Source: a virus
Lineage: Duplodnaviria > Caudoviricetes
Length of the DNA stretch: 28,704 bases
Reading direction: 5' to 3' (one strand)
Virus record (IMG/VR): IMGVR_UViG_3300017988_000022
Location: 1 to 28,704 of that record
Positions 8,270-16,847 of the stretch are shown piece after piece (the stretch's first letter is position 1; the number at the start of each line of letters is the position of its first letter). The notes beneath the pieces are model-generated. The model ran no database searches, was not told where the DNA came from, and saw only the letters and a program-made list of their open reading frames with translations. Position numbers and translations under genes: made by a program.

Positions 8270-9172
8270 ATGGCAGACTCCCGCGCCCAGGCCTACGCCC
8301 AGCAGCTCGACGTGCTCACGCGCCGGGCCGAGGCTTTGACGCCCGAGGCGCGGCTGCGCATCCTCAAGCTGCTGGACGACGCCAACCGCGAGATCCTCGG
8401 CGATCTGGCACGCAGCAAGCCGGGCAGCTATAACGCGGCGCGCCTCCAGGCACTCAAGGCCCAGGTCGATCGAGTGATGGAAGAGTTCTCGAAGCAGGCC
8501 GCTTCTGAAGTGAGCGACCTGGAGAGCCGGAGTTACGCTGAAGCCGCGCAGAGCGTGGACGCCACGGTGGCCGCGGGAACGGGCTCGCTGCTGGTGCAGC
8601 CGGTGGTGGACCAGGCGGCGCTGCAGGTTGTCCAGGGCTACACTGCCGATCTCATTGGCGGCCTCACGCGCGACATGTCCGCCAAGATCAACGCGGCCAT
8701 CCAGCGCGCGTTTCTCGGCGGCAGCAACCTGCAGCAGCTCGTGGAGCAGATCGGATCGACACTGGAGGGCGGAAAGTTCAGCGGGCTCTTCAGCCAGGTG
8801 GGCGAGCGCGCCATGACCATCGCCACCAATGAAATCATGCGCGTGCAGTCGCTGGCGTCGGTCGCGCGCATCAACGATCTCGCGCCGCACCATCCCGGCC
8901 TGGAGAAGCTCTGGAAGCACATCCCCGTAGCCCGTGTGCCGCGCATCGGGCATCTGCTGGCCGATGGCCAGGTGCGCAAGCCCAGCGAGCCGTTCCTCGT
9001 GGAAGGCGAGGAACTGCAATATCCCCGCGATCCATCGGGGTCTGCGGAGAACACGATCAACTGCCATTGCCTGGTCATTCCGCATTTGAGCGACGACCAG
9101 CTGAAGGCCACAGATCAGGAGCGCGACCTGCTGAAAAGCTACGGCATTTCGGTTGTGGCGTCCCCTGGATGA
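8270..9172 (+). CDS. Minor head protein (Mu gpF / SPP1 gp7 family)
   Basis: RAMTIATNE, KLWKH, R..H...DGQ, YPRDPSGSAENTINCHC motifs. Confidence 0.88.
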   Translation: MADSRAQAYAQQLDVLTRRAEALTPEARLRILKLLDDANREILGDLARSKPGSYNAARLQALKAQVDRVMEEFSKQAASEVSDLESRSYAEAAQSVDATVAAGTGSLLVQPVVDQAALQVVQGYTADLIGGLTRDMSAKINAAIQRAFLGGSNLQQLVEQIGSTLEGGKFSGLFSQVGERAMTIATNEIMRVQSLASVARINDLAPHHPGLEKLWKHIPVARVPRIGHLLADGQVRKPSEPFLVEGEELQYPRDPSGSAENTINCHCLVIPHLSDDQLKATDQERDLLKSYGISVVASPG

Positions 9173-9174
9173 CG

Positions 9175-9244
9175 GCAACTATTCCATGTTTCGCAGCTCT
9201 CGCGCCTGCCGCAATGAACCGCACGCGCGCTGACTAATCTGGCC
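9175..9244 (+). promoter_or_regulatory. Putative activator-dependent late promoter of the head operon (PI-like)
   Basis: GCAACTATT-CCATGTTTC-GCAGCTCTC (9175-9201) and TAATCT (9235-9240) followed by GGCC; 21/27 identity and identical spacing with 114-183. Confidence 0.7.
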
Positions 9245-9285
9245 GCATGTGACCCGGCCGTCAACGAACGAAGGAGAACAGTGAT

Positions 9286-9621
9286 ATGGCACCACAGACA
9301 GCACCTACAGTGATCACCCCGAATCCGCCCGCGCATATGTCGGACAAGGCGCAGAAGCAGTGGACCGCGACCTACATCAAGGCGCTCGCCCAGGCCAAGC
9401 TTGATTCGCCCGACAACGAGCGTGCACAGCGTATCGCCGCATTGAAGGCTGCTAACGCATTGCTGGCAGTGCCCGCGCCCACCAGCGCCGCCGACATCGA
9501 CAAGCTGGACGATTGGCAAGTGATCCTGCGCGAGGACCGCACCGCGAAGGATGGAACGAAGATGCGCGTCTGCGTGACGGCGGACGGCCGCAAATACGCG
9601 TTCCCGATCGCCACTAAGTAA
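9286..9621 (+). CDS. ChaB-like small protein
   Basis: PAHMSDKAQKQWTATYIKAL...AQRIAALKAAN resembles the ChaB helical pattern; AAGGAG RBS. Confidence 0.5.
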   Translation: MAPQTAPTVITPNPPAHMSDKAQKQWTATYIKALAQAKLDSPDNERAQRIAALKAANALLAVPAPTSAADIDKLDDWQVILREDRTAKDGTKMRVCVTADGRKYAFPIATK

Positions 9622-9634
9622 CCCGAGGACCGAG

Positions 9635-12304
9635 ATGAACCAGGAACTCGTTTATCTGATCGCGGCCGAGGCCGCAAAGACCAAGTCGGTGGATGGGAAG
9701 GAACACCCATCCTCCGACTTTGCCTACGTGGGCGATGCCGAAGATATCTCGACATGGAGCCTTCCAGACTTCGACGAGGCCCATGTGCGCGATGCGCTGG
9801 CGCGCTTCGACCAGGACAAGGTGATCCCCGCGGCGAAGAAGAAGGCTGTGGCCCGTAAGCTCGCCGCGAAAGCCACGAAGCTGGGCATCGACTGCACGAA
9901 CTTCAAAAAGGAGTACGTGTCGGCCGAGGCGGATCTTTCGCTGGACGAGCAGCAGCAGCTCATCAACGGCGAGCTGCGCGAGCAGTTTGGCCTGGACGAG
10001 CAGGGCTGCCAGCGCTTCTATCTCTTTGAAACCTTCAGTGACTACCTGATCGCGCGCGGTCCGGAGTCGAAGCTCTTTCGTATCCCTTACACCATCGCCG
10101 GCGACGAGGTGACCTTTGGCGACGCGCAGGAAGTGACCACGGCCTATGTGCCAGTGGCCGAGGCTTGTGAGTTCATGGCCGCTGAAGGCGATGCGCAGCC
10201 GCAGTCGGGGAAGTATAAGATCCGCGTTCTCAAGCCCGGCTGGGGCATGGGCGCCGTCAATGGCAAAGCGGTTCCGCACTACTATCCTCCCGCGTTCGTC
10301 GCGAGGGTAGCGGAGGCGGTGGCCGGCAAGCCTTTTGGGCGCAGGCATCCCAACCAGCAGGGCAACGATCCGACCGGTGCCACCGATCCCGATCGCATCG
10401 CGGGCTGGCTGGAGGGCGGTTCGCATGACGCCGGGGGCGCCTACTCTACTGTGAATCTCTTCTCGGCCGAGTCAGATCTCCGTTCACGCCTGGACGATGC
10501 TCGGCAGAACAACAAGCTCGATCTCTTTGCCGTGTCTATGTTGGCCGCGGTGGGCTACAAGCCCGGCCAGGTCGAAGGCAAACAGTGCCTGGTCGCCGAA
10601 GATCTGGGCACGCTCTATTCTGTCGATCTTTGCGCACGGGCCGGCGCTGGCGGTGAATTCCTTACCGCGGCCAGCTTCGCGGCCAACGATGTCTCTGCGG
10701 CGCAATTGCGCGCCGTGAGTCCCAACACAATCGCCATCGCCCCAACCCGGCGTGGCCCCAGCAGCGGCGGCGCTTCAGGCGCTACCGAAGGAGCAGCGTC
10801 CATGAAGGATACCCTTCGCAGACTGCTCGAAGCGCTTCGGCTGAAGAACGCCGGCCGCGCTGCCGAGCTCACCATGAAATTCGCCACCGTGACCGAGGCT
10901 GAATATCCGGCCCTGTTGACGGAAGTGACCACCGCGGTGCTGGAAGCGAATTCGACCGCAGCGGCCACCGCAGTCACCGCTGAAGCCGCCGCGACGCAGC
11001 TGGCTGAGGCACAGCGCATCCAGAGCCGCAACCGCATCGAGACGTCGCTGACGGCATCAAGGCTACCCAAGCCGGCGCAGGACCTGGCGCGCGGACATCT
11101 AGAGCAGGCGCTGGTTGCCGAAGCCGATCTGCCCCAAGCCAAGATCGACGCCGAGATCACCACGGTGCGGACCGCCTTCGCGGCGTTCAACACGGTGGGC
11201 CGTGTGCAGCCTGGCTCAACCGTCACGCTCGACTCCGCCGACAAGATGGCCCTGGCCATGGAAGCGGCGGTGGGCGTCAAGGACTCCATGAACAAGGGCG
11301 TGCCGGCATTCCGCAGTTTGCGCGAAGCCTACACCACCGTCACCGGCGACTGGAATCTGGATAAGCTGCGCGCGGGCGCGGGCTTTACGGGTCATGTGCT
11401 GGCGTCGGAAGCGGTGCTGGCTGCCGACTTTCCGAACATCCTGCTGAACTCGATGACCAAGCGCCTATTGCAGGACTGGGCAGAGCTGGCGCTCGACGGC
11501 CTGCCGAATCTCTACACCAAGGCGTCGATCTCCGACTACAAGATCCAGGACCGCGTGCGTGAGGGCTACTTCGGCGAGCTGGCGACCGTGGCAGAAGGCG
11601 GCCCCTACGTCGAGGTGGCCTATCCCACCGACGAGCTGGTTACCTACCAGATGGTTAAGCGCGGCGGGATGCTCACCATCTCGGAAGAGACCATCCGCAA
11701 CGACGATCTGGGAGCCATCGCCCGCTTCCCCGGCCGCCTGGCGCGGGCTGGACGCTGGACGCTGAAGAACTACATCACCCAGTTCTTCGTCACCAACCCC
11801 AACTACACCGGTGATGCGGTGGCCTGGTTTAACGCCGGGCACAACAACCTCTCGACGGTCGCTTTGTCGCAGGACTCGCTGATCGCCGACGAAGTGGCGC
11901 TGATGACCCAGACCGAGAAGGATTCCGGCGAGCCGCTGGGATTGCCTCTGGACTGGCTGATGGTGCCTGCGGCCCTGGCCGCCACCGCGCGCCAGATCAA
12001 CCAGACCAACACCGCCGGTTCGAACGCGTTCTTCCAGCGTTTCGGCGTGAACAACGAGCGCATCTACGTCAACGAAAAGCTGACCGATGTGATCGACTAC
12101 TACTACGGCACCAACCAGAACAACGCGCCCTTCCTGGAGATGGGCTTCCTCGACGGCATCGAGAACCCGCAGATCTTCCTGGCCAACCAGCCGACGATCG
12201 GCACCCAGTTCACGAACGACGAGCTCCAGTACAAGGTGAAGTTCCCGTTCGCGGGCGCGATCATCGACTTCCGTGGCGTCGGGAAACACGTCGTCGCCGG
12301 CTAA
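9635..12304 (+). CDS. Fused prohead protease - scaffold - major capsid protein (Mu gpT-like HK97 fold) with DUF6582-like N-terminal domain
   Basis: N-terminal SDFAYV..WSLP.FDEAHVRDALARF; protease-like RRH...IAGW...FAVSM...SVDLCARAGAGG; Ala/Glu-rich helical scaffold; capsid motifs FPNILLNSMTKRL, KRGGMLTISEETIRNDDLGA, QYKVK..FAGAIIDFRG. Confidence 0.88.
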   Translation: MNQELVYLIAAEAAKTKSVDGKEHPSSDFAYVGDAEDISTWSLPDFDEAHVRDALARFDQDKVIPAAKKKAVARKLAAKATKLGIDCTNFKKEYVSAEADLSLDEQQQLINGELREQFGLDEQGCQRFYLFETFSDYLIARGPESKLFRIPYTIAGDEVTFGDAQEVTTAYVPVAEACEFMAAEGDAQPQSGKYKIRVLKPGWGMGAVNGKAVPHYYPPAFVARVAEAVAGKPFGRRHPNQQGNDPTGATDPDRIAGWLEGGSHDAGGAYSTVNLFSAESDLRSRLDDARQNNKLDLFAVSMLAAVGYKPGQVEGKQCLVAEDLGTLYSVDLCARAGAGGEFLTAASFAANDVSAAQLRAVSPNTIAIAPTRRGPSSGGASGATEGAASMKDTLRRLLEALRLKNAGRAAELTMKFATVTEAEYPALLTEVTTAVLEANSTAAATAVTAEAAATQLAEAQRIQSRNRIETSLTASRLPKPAQDLARGHLEQALVAEADLPQAKIDAEITTVRTAFAAFNTVGRVQPGSTVTLDSADKMALAMEAAVGVKDSMNKGVPAFRSLREAYTTVTGDWNLDKLRAGAGFTGHVLASEAVLAADFPNILLNSMTKRLLQDWAELALDGLPNLYTKASISDYKIQDRVREGYFGELATVAEGGPYVEVAYPTDELVTYQMVKRGGMLTISEETIRNDDLGAIARFPGRLARAGRWTLKNYITQFFVTNPNYTGDAVAWFNAGHNNLSTVALSQDSLIADEVALMTQTEKDSGEPLGLPLDWLMVPAALAATARQINQTNTAGSNAFFQRFGVNNERIYVNEKLTDVIDYYYGTNQNNAPFLEMGFLDGIENPQIFLANQPTIGTQFTNDELQYKVKFPFAGAIIDFRGVGKHVVAG

Positions 12305-12342
12305 CCATTAACCCGCCAACGCAGCAGTAGACGCATAGCAGG

Positions 12343-12371
12343 CGCGGCCCCGGACGATCTCCGGGGCCGCG
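12343..12371 (+). other. 12-bp GC-rich stem-loop after the capsid gene (no U-tract)
   Basis: CGCGGCCCCGGA-cgatc-TCCGGGGCCGCG. Confidence 0.6.
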
Positions 12372-12390
12372 GATGAAAAGCGAGGACCCC

Positions 12391-12783
12391 ATGCAGGACA
12401 GTTTCCGCCGAAGCACTCTTACCCTCCCGTTGCCCGCGCCTCTGGCAGTGGGCGTAGGCCAGGTGACATACACATCGCCGCGCTCGCAGCGCATTGTGAG
12501 CGCGCAACTCTGCGAGAGCGATAACGGAACCGGCAATCAGGGACTGGCCGTCAACATCAACGTGAATGGCGTGCAGATCGCTTTCCTGGAGATCCCCGGA
12601 GCCACAGTGAACAACTCATATCTGGACACAATGAGCGCGGATGTCACTGTGAATTCGAACTTCCCCGGCGGCTTCCGCATCGACGAAGGAGACGTGGTGA
12701 CCGTTGACGTGGCCTTGGTGCCCGCGACGACCGTCCCGAAAGCGGCCTTCGTGGCGCTGGACATGCTCCAGATCGACATTTAA
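12391..12783 (+). CDS. Putative head decoration / head fibre protein (beta-rich)
   Basis: GAGGA RBS before ATG 12391; follows the capsid gene; VNINVNG and GDVVTVDV beta-sandwich pattern. Confidence 0.55.
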   Translation: MQDSFRRSTLTLPLPAPLAVGVGQVTYTSPRSQRIVSAQLCESDNGTGNQGLAVNINVNGVQIAFLEIPGATVNNSYLDTMSADVTVNSNFPGGFRIDEGDVVTVDVALVPATTVPKAAFVALDMLQIDI

Positions 12784-12829
12784 CCAGATAGCCCTGAGCC
12801 GGCGAAGTTTGCCGGAGAAGATCAACCGA

Positions 12830-12853
12830 GGGGCGCTCGCGTACGGGCGCCCC
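12830..12853 (+). other. Intergenic stem-loop before the neck genes
   Basis: GGGGCGCTCG-cgta-CGGGCGCCCC; smaller hairpin at 12799-12815. Confidence 0.45.
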
Positions 12854-12872
12854 GCAACCTTAGAGGCGCGAC

Positions 12873-13607
12873 GTGCCCTTTCCTTACGCCATCTCGGACT
12901 TTGTTGCGGAGATCCCCAACGCGCTCGCTGACGACGCGAAGCGCGTGACGAGCGGGCAGTGGGCCGCACTGGCGGCTCGCGCCATCCTGGAACGCTACTC
13001 GGCCGACGCGCCACTCTTGATCGTGAGCGATGTCGAGGGAACTGGAACCAACCTGGTTGCCCTTCCCATCGCGCCAGGCACGGGTGGCGATCTGCCGGTG
13101 TGGGAAACGAACTTCTCCGTCGTCAAGCAAATCGAATATCCCATTGGCCAGCAGCCGCCGCAGTTCGTTCTCGATTCCGATCTGCGCGTCTACCAGACGC
13201 CGGGATCTCCGGATCGGATCCTGCTCAACTTCGATGCGCCGCCCGAGGGCGACACTCTGCGCGTGACCTGGACCGCGCGTCATCTGCGCGACGGATCGAC
13301 GGTCCCCGACAAGGACTTCTACGCAGTGACGGACTTCATCGCCAGCCTGGGCGCGGAGTGGATCGCCAGCTTTTATGTGGGCACGGGCGATGCAACTCTC
13401 CAGGCCGACGTGGTCAACTACCGATCCAAATCGCAGGAGATGCTCAACGTGGCGAAGGTGCTGCGCAAGCGCTACTACAACCACATGGGCATCGAGGAAG
13501 GCGCGGCCGGCGAGGCGGAAGTTGGGCCGGCATTCGCGCTGGGCAATCAATACCTCGAACAGAACAGCGGCGTCGACCGCCTGGTGCACGACAAGTACTC
13601 ACGATGA
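12873..13607 (+). CDS. Putative head-tail connector/adaptor protein
   Basis: Position after capsid genes; GTG start with GAGG; ATGA-coupled to the next gene. Confidence 0.6.
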   Translation: MPFPYAISDFVAEIPNALADDAKRVTSGQWAALAARAILERYSADAPLLIVSDVEGTGTNLVALPIAPGTGGDLPVWETNFSVVKQIEYPIGQQPPQFVLDSDLRVYQTPGSPDRILLNFDAPPEGDTLRVTWTARHLRDGSTVPDKDFYAVTDFIASLGAEWIASFYVGTGDATLQADVVNYRSKSQEMLNVAKVLRKRYYNHMGIEEGAAGEAEVGPAFALGNQYLEQNSGVDRLVHDKYSR

Positions 13608-14143
13608 GCTGGAACGCCACAATCCGCGGAGCTGAGAATCTTGAGCCCGGCATGCTGTCTGCCTTCAATGAAGGCGTGCAGGCTGGTCTCGAAGCTCTGG
13701 GCGTCAAAGGCGCGGAGATGGTGCAGGAGTTTATCACCACCCCTTACGGCGCGCTGCCTCCCGCCGTGGCCTTCGGCAACTTGGCCGCTTCCATCGTTTC
13801 CAATTTCGTGCGCGATGCGTCGATGGCCCGCGAGATCATCGGCGTCTCGCCCTCTGTGGGCGCGGATGTATACGCGGCCCCGGTCGAGACCGGCGCGCGG
13901 CCGCACATGCCGCCGTCCTCAGCGCTGGTGCCGTGGGTGCAGAAGAAGTTTGGCATCGAGGATGAGAAGCAGGCGACGAGTGTGGCCTTCGCGATCGCGT
14001 TGAAGATCCGTAAGAAAGGCACGCAAGGGCACCAGATGTTTTCGCGGACGTTGGAAGCGATTGAGCCGCTGTGCACACCGGTACTGGAGCGCGAGATTGC
14101 CTTGGCCTTTGCGGCGCGTGGATTCGCAGGAGGCACGGCATGA
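13604..14143 (+). CDS. Neck / tail completion protein (HK97 gp10-like)
   Basis: ATGA overlap start; TP..GNLAASI, YAAPVETGARPHMPP, AFAIALKIRKKGT motifs. Confidence 0.7.
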   Translation: MSWNATIRGAENLEPGMLSAFNEGVQAGLEALGVKGAEMVQEFITTPYGALPPAVAFGNLAASIVSNFVRDASMAREIIGVSPSVGADVYAAPVETGARPHMPPSSALVPWVQKKFGIEDEKQATSVAFAIALKIRKKGTQGHQMFSRTLEAIEPLCTPVLEREIALAFAARGFAGGTA

Positions 14144-14607
14144 GTGCACAGACTGCCATCGCCGCGGCCTACGACCTGCTGAAGACCGTCCCGGAGTGCG
14201 GGCCGAATGTCTACGACCAGATCCGCTACTCGAACGACGATGCGGAGTTCAAGGCACTTTTTGTGGATGCGATGACAGATCCGGCCAACCCGGCGGTGCG
14301 CACCTGGATGGTGAATCGCGACGCGTCGCCTGCCAGGGACAAAGAGATGCAGGCCTGGGGACGGACGCACACCATCGCCATGACTGGCTATTACGCCTTT
14401 AAGGATGGAGTGAGTTCGCCGGTGTGGGAAGCGGCCATCGAAGCCGTCGTCGCGGCGTTCGGTCCGCTCGCCGGGCGCCATTTCGCAGGGCAGTTCGACT
14501 GGTCGGGACCGCCCCAGGTGGAGGGCAACAAGCTGGTGTTCTTCGGTAACGTGCTTTGCCATTCGGTTCGCATCATTCATACATTCGAGGAATTTCCGCT
14601 CAGCTGA
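14140..14607 (+). CDS. Putative tail terminator protein
   Basis: AGGAGG RBS and ATGA overlap; 155 aa; directly before the tail tube gene. Confidence 0.55.
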   Translation: MSAQTAIAAAYDLLKTVPECGPNVYDQIRYSNDDAEFKALFVDAMTDPANPAVRTWMVNRDASPARDKEMQAWGRTHTIAMTGYYAFKDGVSSPVWEAAIEAVVAAFGPLAGRHFAGQFDWSGPPQVEGNKLVFFGNVLCHSVRIIHTFEEFPLS

Positions 14608-14623
14608 GCGCGAGGAGAGAGCA

Positions 14624-15643
14624 ATGCCAACAGCTTTTACGACACAACGATCGATTCTTCGCAACGTGGTAGTGGGCGGAAATATCCAGGCCACGCTTGC
14701 CGAGGTCATGGCCGACGCCGCGCTGACCTATCGTGGCCGGCCCGAGACCAACGGCTTCTTCCAGGTTGCTCTGGAAAAAGAGTCGGACTACAAATATGCG
14801 GGCAAGGGCACTTCCTTTGCTACCGAGTCGCGGCTCATCGCGCAGAGTTCCTCTGGCGAACTGAGCACACGCCTGGACGATTACCTGGCCGGCTGGTTCC
14901 TGGCCATGGTGATGGGCAACGAGAACTTTACCGCCGGGACGGTGGGACCGCCCGCAACGCCGAACACCCACGTCCTCACCTGGGCAGACACAGGCGCGGC
15001 GGCCAACATGACCAACGTCTACATCGAGGATGCGCCCGGCCTGAAGCGCAAGTTCCAGGACATCAGCTGCACCAAGGTTGTGCTGAGCGGTTCGGACAAG
15101 GGCTCGGTGATGGTGAAGGCCAACTTCATCGGCACGGGCCGCTACGCCGACGGCGCCATGGTCACGCTGCCCGCGCTGCCCACCGCGCAATATCTCTACG
15201 GCTCGGACTCCGTGTTCTCGCTGGGTGTGGCCGGCGGCGCGGTTTCGATGTCGCCGCGGATCCTGAGCTGGGAAGCGACCTTCGATCATGCCAACGATCT
15301 CTTCCGTTCCTGCGGCGGCGGCGTCTATCCCGTCTTCCCGCGCTACGGCAATCCAATCGTGGCGTTGAAGGTTGTGGTAGCGATCGACACCACGAGCGAT
15401 ATCCGCGACTGGATGATGGCGCAGACGCTGCTCGAAGCCAAGATCGCCATCAACAGCGGCGCGGCCTCGCTGGTTGTCGACTATCCCAACGTGATCATTC
15501 CCAAGGCGGACCTGGGCGAGCAGGACAAGTACGTGATCTACACCATCGAGCTCGACCAGGAATCCATCCTGAAGCCGACGGGCGGCCAGGTGTGCACGGC
15601 GACTGTGCAGAACAGCGCCAGCGCGTACCTGATCTCCGCCTAA
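14624..15643 (+). CDS. Major tail tube protein
   Basis: 339 aa, beta-rich; position before chaperones and tape measure; GAGGAG RBS; no sheath gene nearby. Confidence 0.75.
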   Translation: MPTAFTTQRSILRNVVVGGNIQATLAEVMADAALTYRGRPETNGFFQVALEKESDYKYAGKGTSFATESRLIAQSSSGELSTRLDDYLAGWFLAMVMGNENFTAGTVGPPATPNTHVLTWADTGAAANMTNVYIEDAPGLKRKFQDISCTKVVLSGSDKGSVMVKANFIGTGRYADGAMVTLPALPTAQYLYGSDSVFSLGVAGGAVSMSPRILSWEATFDHANDLFRSCGGGVYPVFPRYGNPIVALKVVVAIDTTSDIRDWMMAQTLLEAKIAINSGAASLVVDYPNVIIPKADLGEQDKYVIYTIELDQESILKPTGGQVCTATVQNSASAYLISA

Positions 15644-15658
15644 CCCGAGTTTCTTCCA

Positions 15659-15691
15659 AGGGGGCGGCGGAATGGCCGTCCCCTCATTTTT
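15659..15691 (+). terminator. Rho-independent terminator-like hairpin after the tail tube gene
   Basis: AGGGGGCGGC-ggaatg-GCCGTCCCCT followed by CATTTTT. Confidence 0.55.
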
Positions 15692-15720
15692 AGCCAGAGC
15701 TGCACGACTTGGAGGATCCA

Positions 15721-16470
15721 ATGAGCAAGCACGCTGCACCCACACCGGACCCTGAGCAGCAGGCACTGCTGCCTCTCGACACACCGCGATCCGTCGCCTT
15801 CAAATCCAAGCAGGGAGCCTTCATTTATCACTTCCGCCGCATCGCCGCCGCGGACTGGGGGCGGTTCTTCCAGTCGATCGTCAACCAGGTCATTCAAATT
15901 GGCGATGCGCGCGAACGTGTCTTTGAGAGCGAATCGGCGCTGCTGGAACTGGTCGAGAACACGCTGGTCTCGGTCGACGGCTACGGCGACATGAGCAAGC
16001 TGAAGGACTGGAAGCGCGCTCTTCCACTCAATCACCGCCTGGGCGCGGGCATCGCGCTGCGCAGCGTCGGGCCGTCACAGTCCAAAAGCGAACCACCTAT
16101 TCTCTGTGACCTGGTCGAGGTGAGCCTCGATGCAAATTGGGGCGGTGCTGCGGATGGCAAGACAGTCTTCTATTCCGGCCTGATCCATCGCTTCCGCCAA
16201 CCGGGTATTGCGGATCTAAAGCGCTTCAACTTTGAGAGTGCGCGCACGCGGGTGACCGGAACCGCTCAGAACGGCGTCACCACCTATCCGCCGCGCCAGG
16301 CCATCGCGATGAAGGTCTACGACGATCTCATTGAATCCGTGGACGGCTATTCGGTGGGCGGTATAGCGCTCAGCGGCGCCGGTGCAATCAAGTGTGAAAT
16401 GGATGGAGCGCACAAGGCTGCTGCGGCGCTGGCGCTCTTCGATGCGGACGATGAAATCACTATTGAATAG
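15721..16470 (+). CDS. Putative tail assembly chaperone with internally duplicated domain
   Basis: GGAGGA RBS before ATG 15721; lies between tube and tape measure; two HxFR..AD..RF / SVDGY / H..A..AL units. Confidence 0.6.
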   Translation: MSKHAAPTPDPEQQALLPLDTPRSVAFKSKQGAFIYHFRRIAAADWGRFFQSIVNQVIQIGDARERVFESESALLELVENTLVSVDGYGDMSKLKDWKRALPLNHRLGAGIALRSVGPSQSKSEPPILCDLVEVSLDANWGGAADGKTVFYSGLIHRFRQPGIADLKRFNFESARTRVTGTAQNGVTTYPPRQAIAMKVYDDLIESVDGYSVGGIALSGAGAIKCEMDGAHKAAAALALFDADDEITIE

Positions 16471-16478
16471 AGGCTGTC

Positions 16479-16847
16479 ATGCGCGATCTGGCCATGCTAC
16501 GGCGCGCCGCGGCAGAGTTCTTTCTGGAAGGGTTCTTTGCCAAGGAAGCGGAGCGCATGCTGGCCAACACTCCGCCCGAGCTGCAGAACGAGGCGCGCGC
16601 GAGCATCCTGCCGGCGCGCACTGTTCCGGACGGAGCCTTCGAGTGGATCGAGTACTTCTTCTGGCTGGAGCGTGTGCTGGAGGTTGTCGATCTGCCCTTG
16701 ACTGGCGTGGAAGTGGAAGGGCTGCTGGTATTGAAGCGCGAGCGCAATAGGTTCCAAGCGGAACATCCGCCGTGTCCGCATTGCGGCATGCCCAACGAGC
16801 CGCACGCGCTCCGCTGCAGGGAGTGCATGGGGGAAATAGGTAGCTGA
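16479..16847 (+). CDS. Pre-tape-measure protein with C-terminal zinc ribbon
   Basis: CPHC-x10-CREC; TGATG overlap with the tape measure start. Confidence 0.6.
   Translation: MRDLAMLRRAAAEFFLEGFFAKEAERMLANTPPELQNEARASILPARTVPDGAFEWIEYFFWLERVLEVVDLPLTGVEVEGLLVLKRERNRFQAEHPPCPHCGMPNEPHALRCRECMGEIGS

Noticed and set aside
16440-16480. Programmed -1 frameshift between the tail chaperone genes
   Set aside because: No X XXY YYZ heptamer, and the -1 frame has a stop at 16464-16466.
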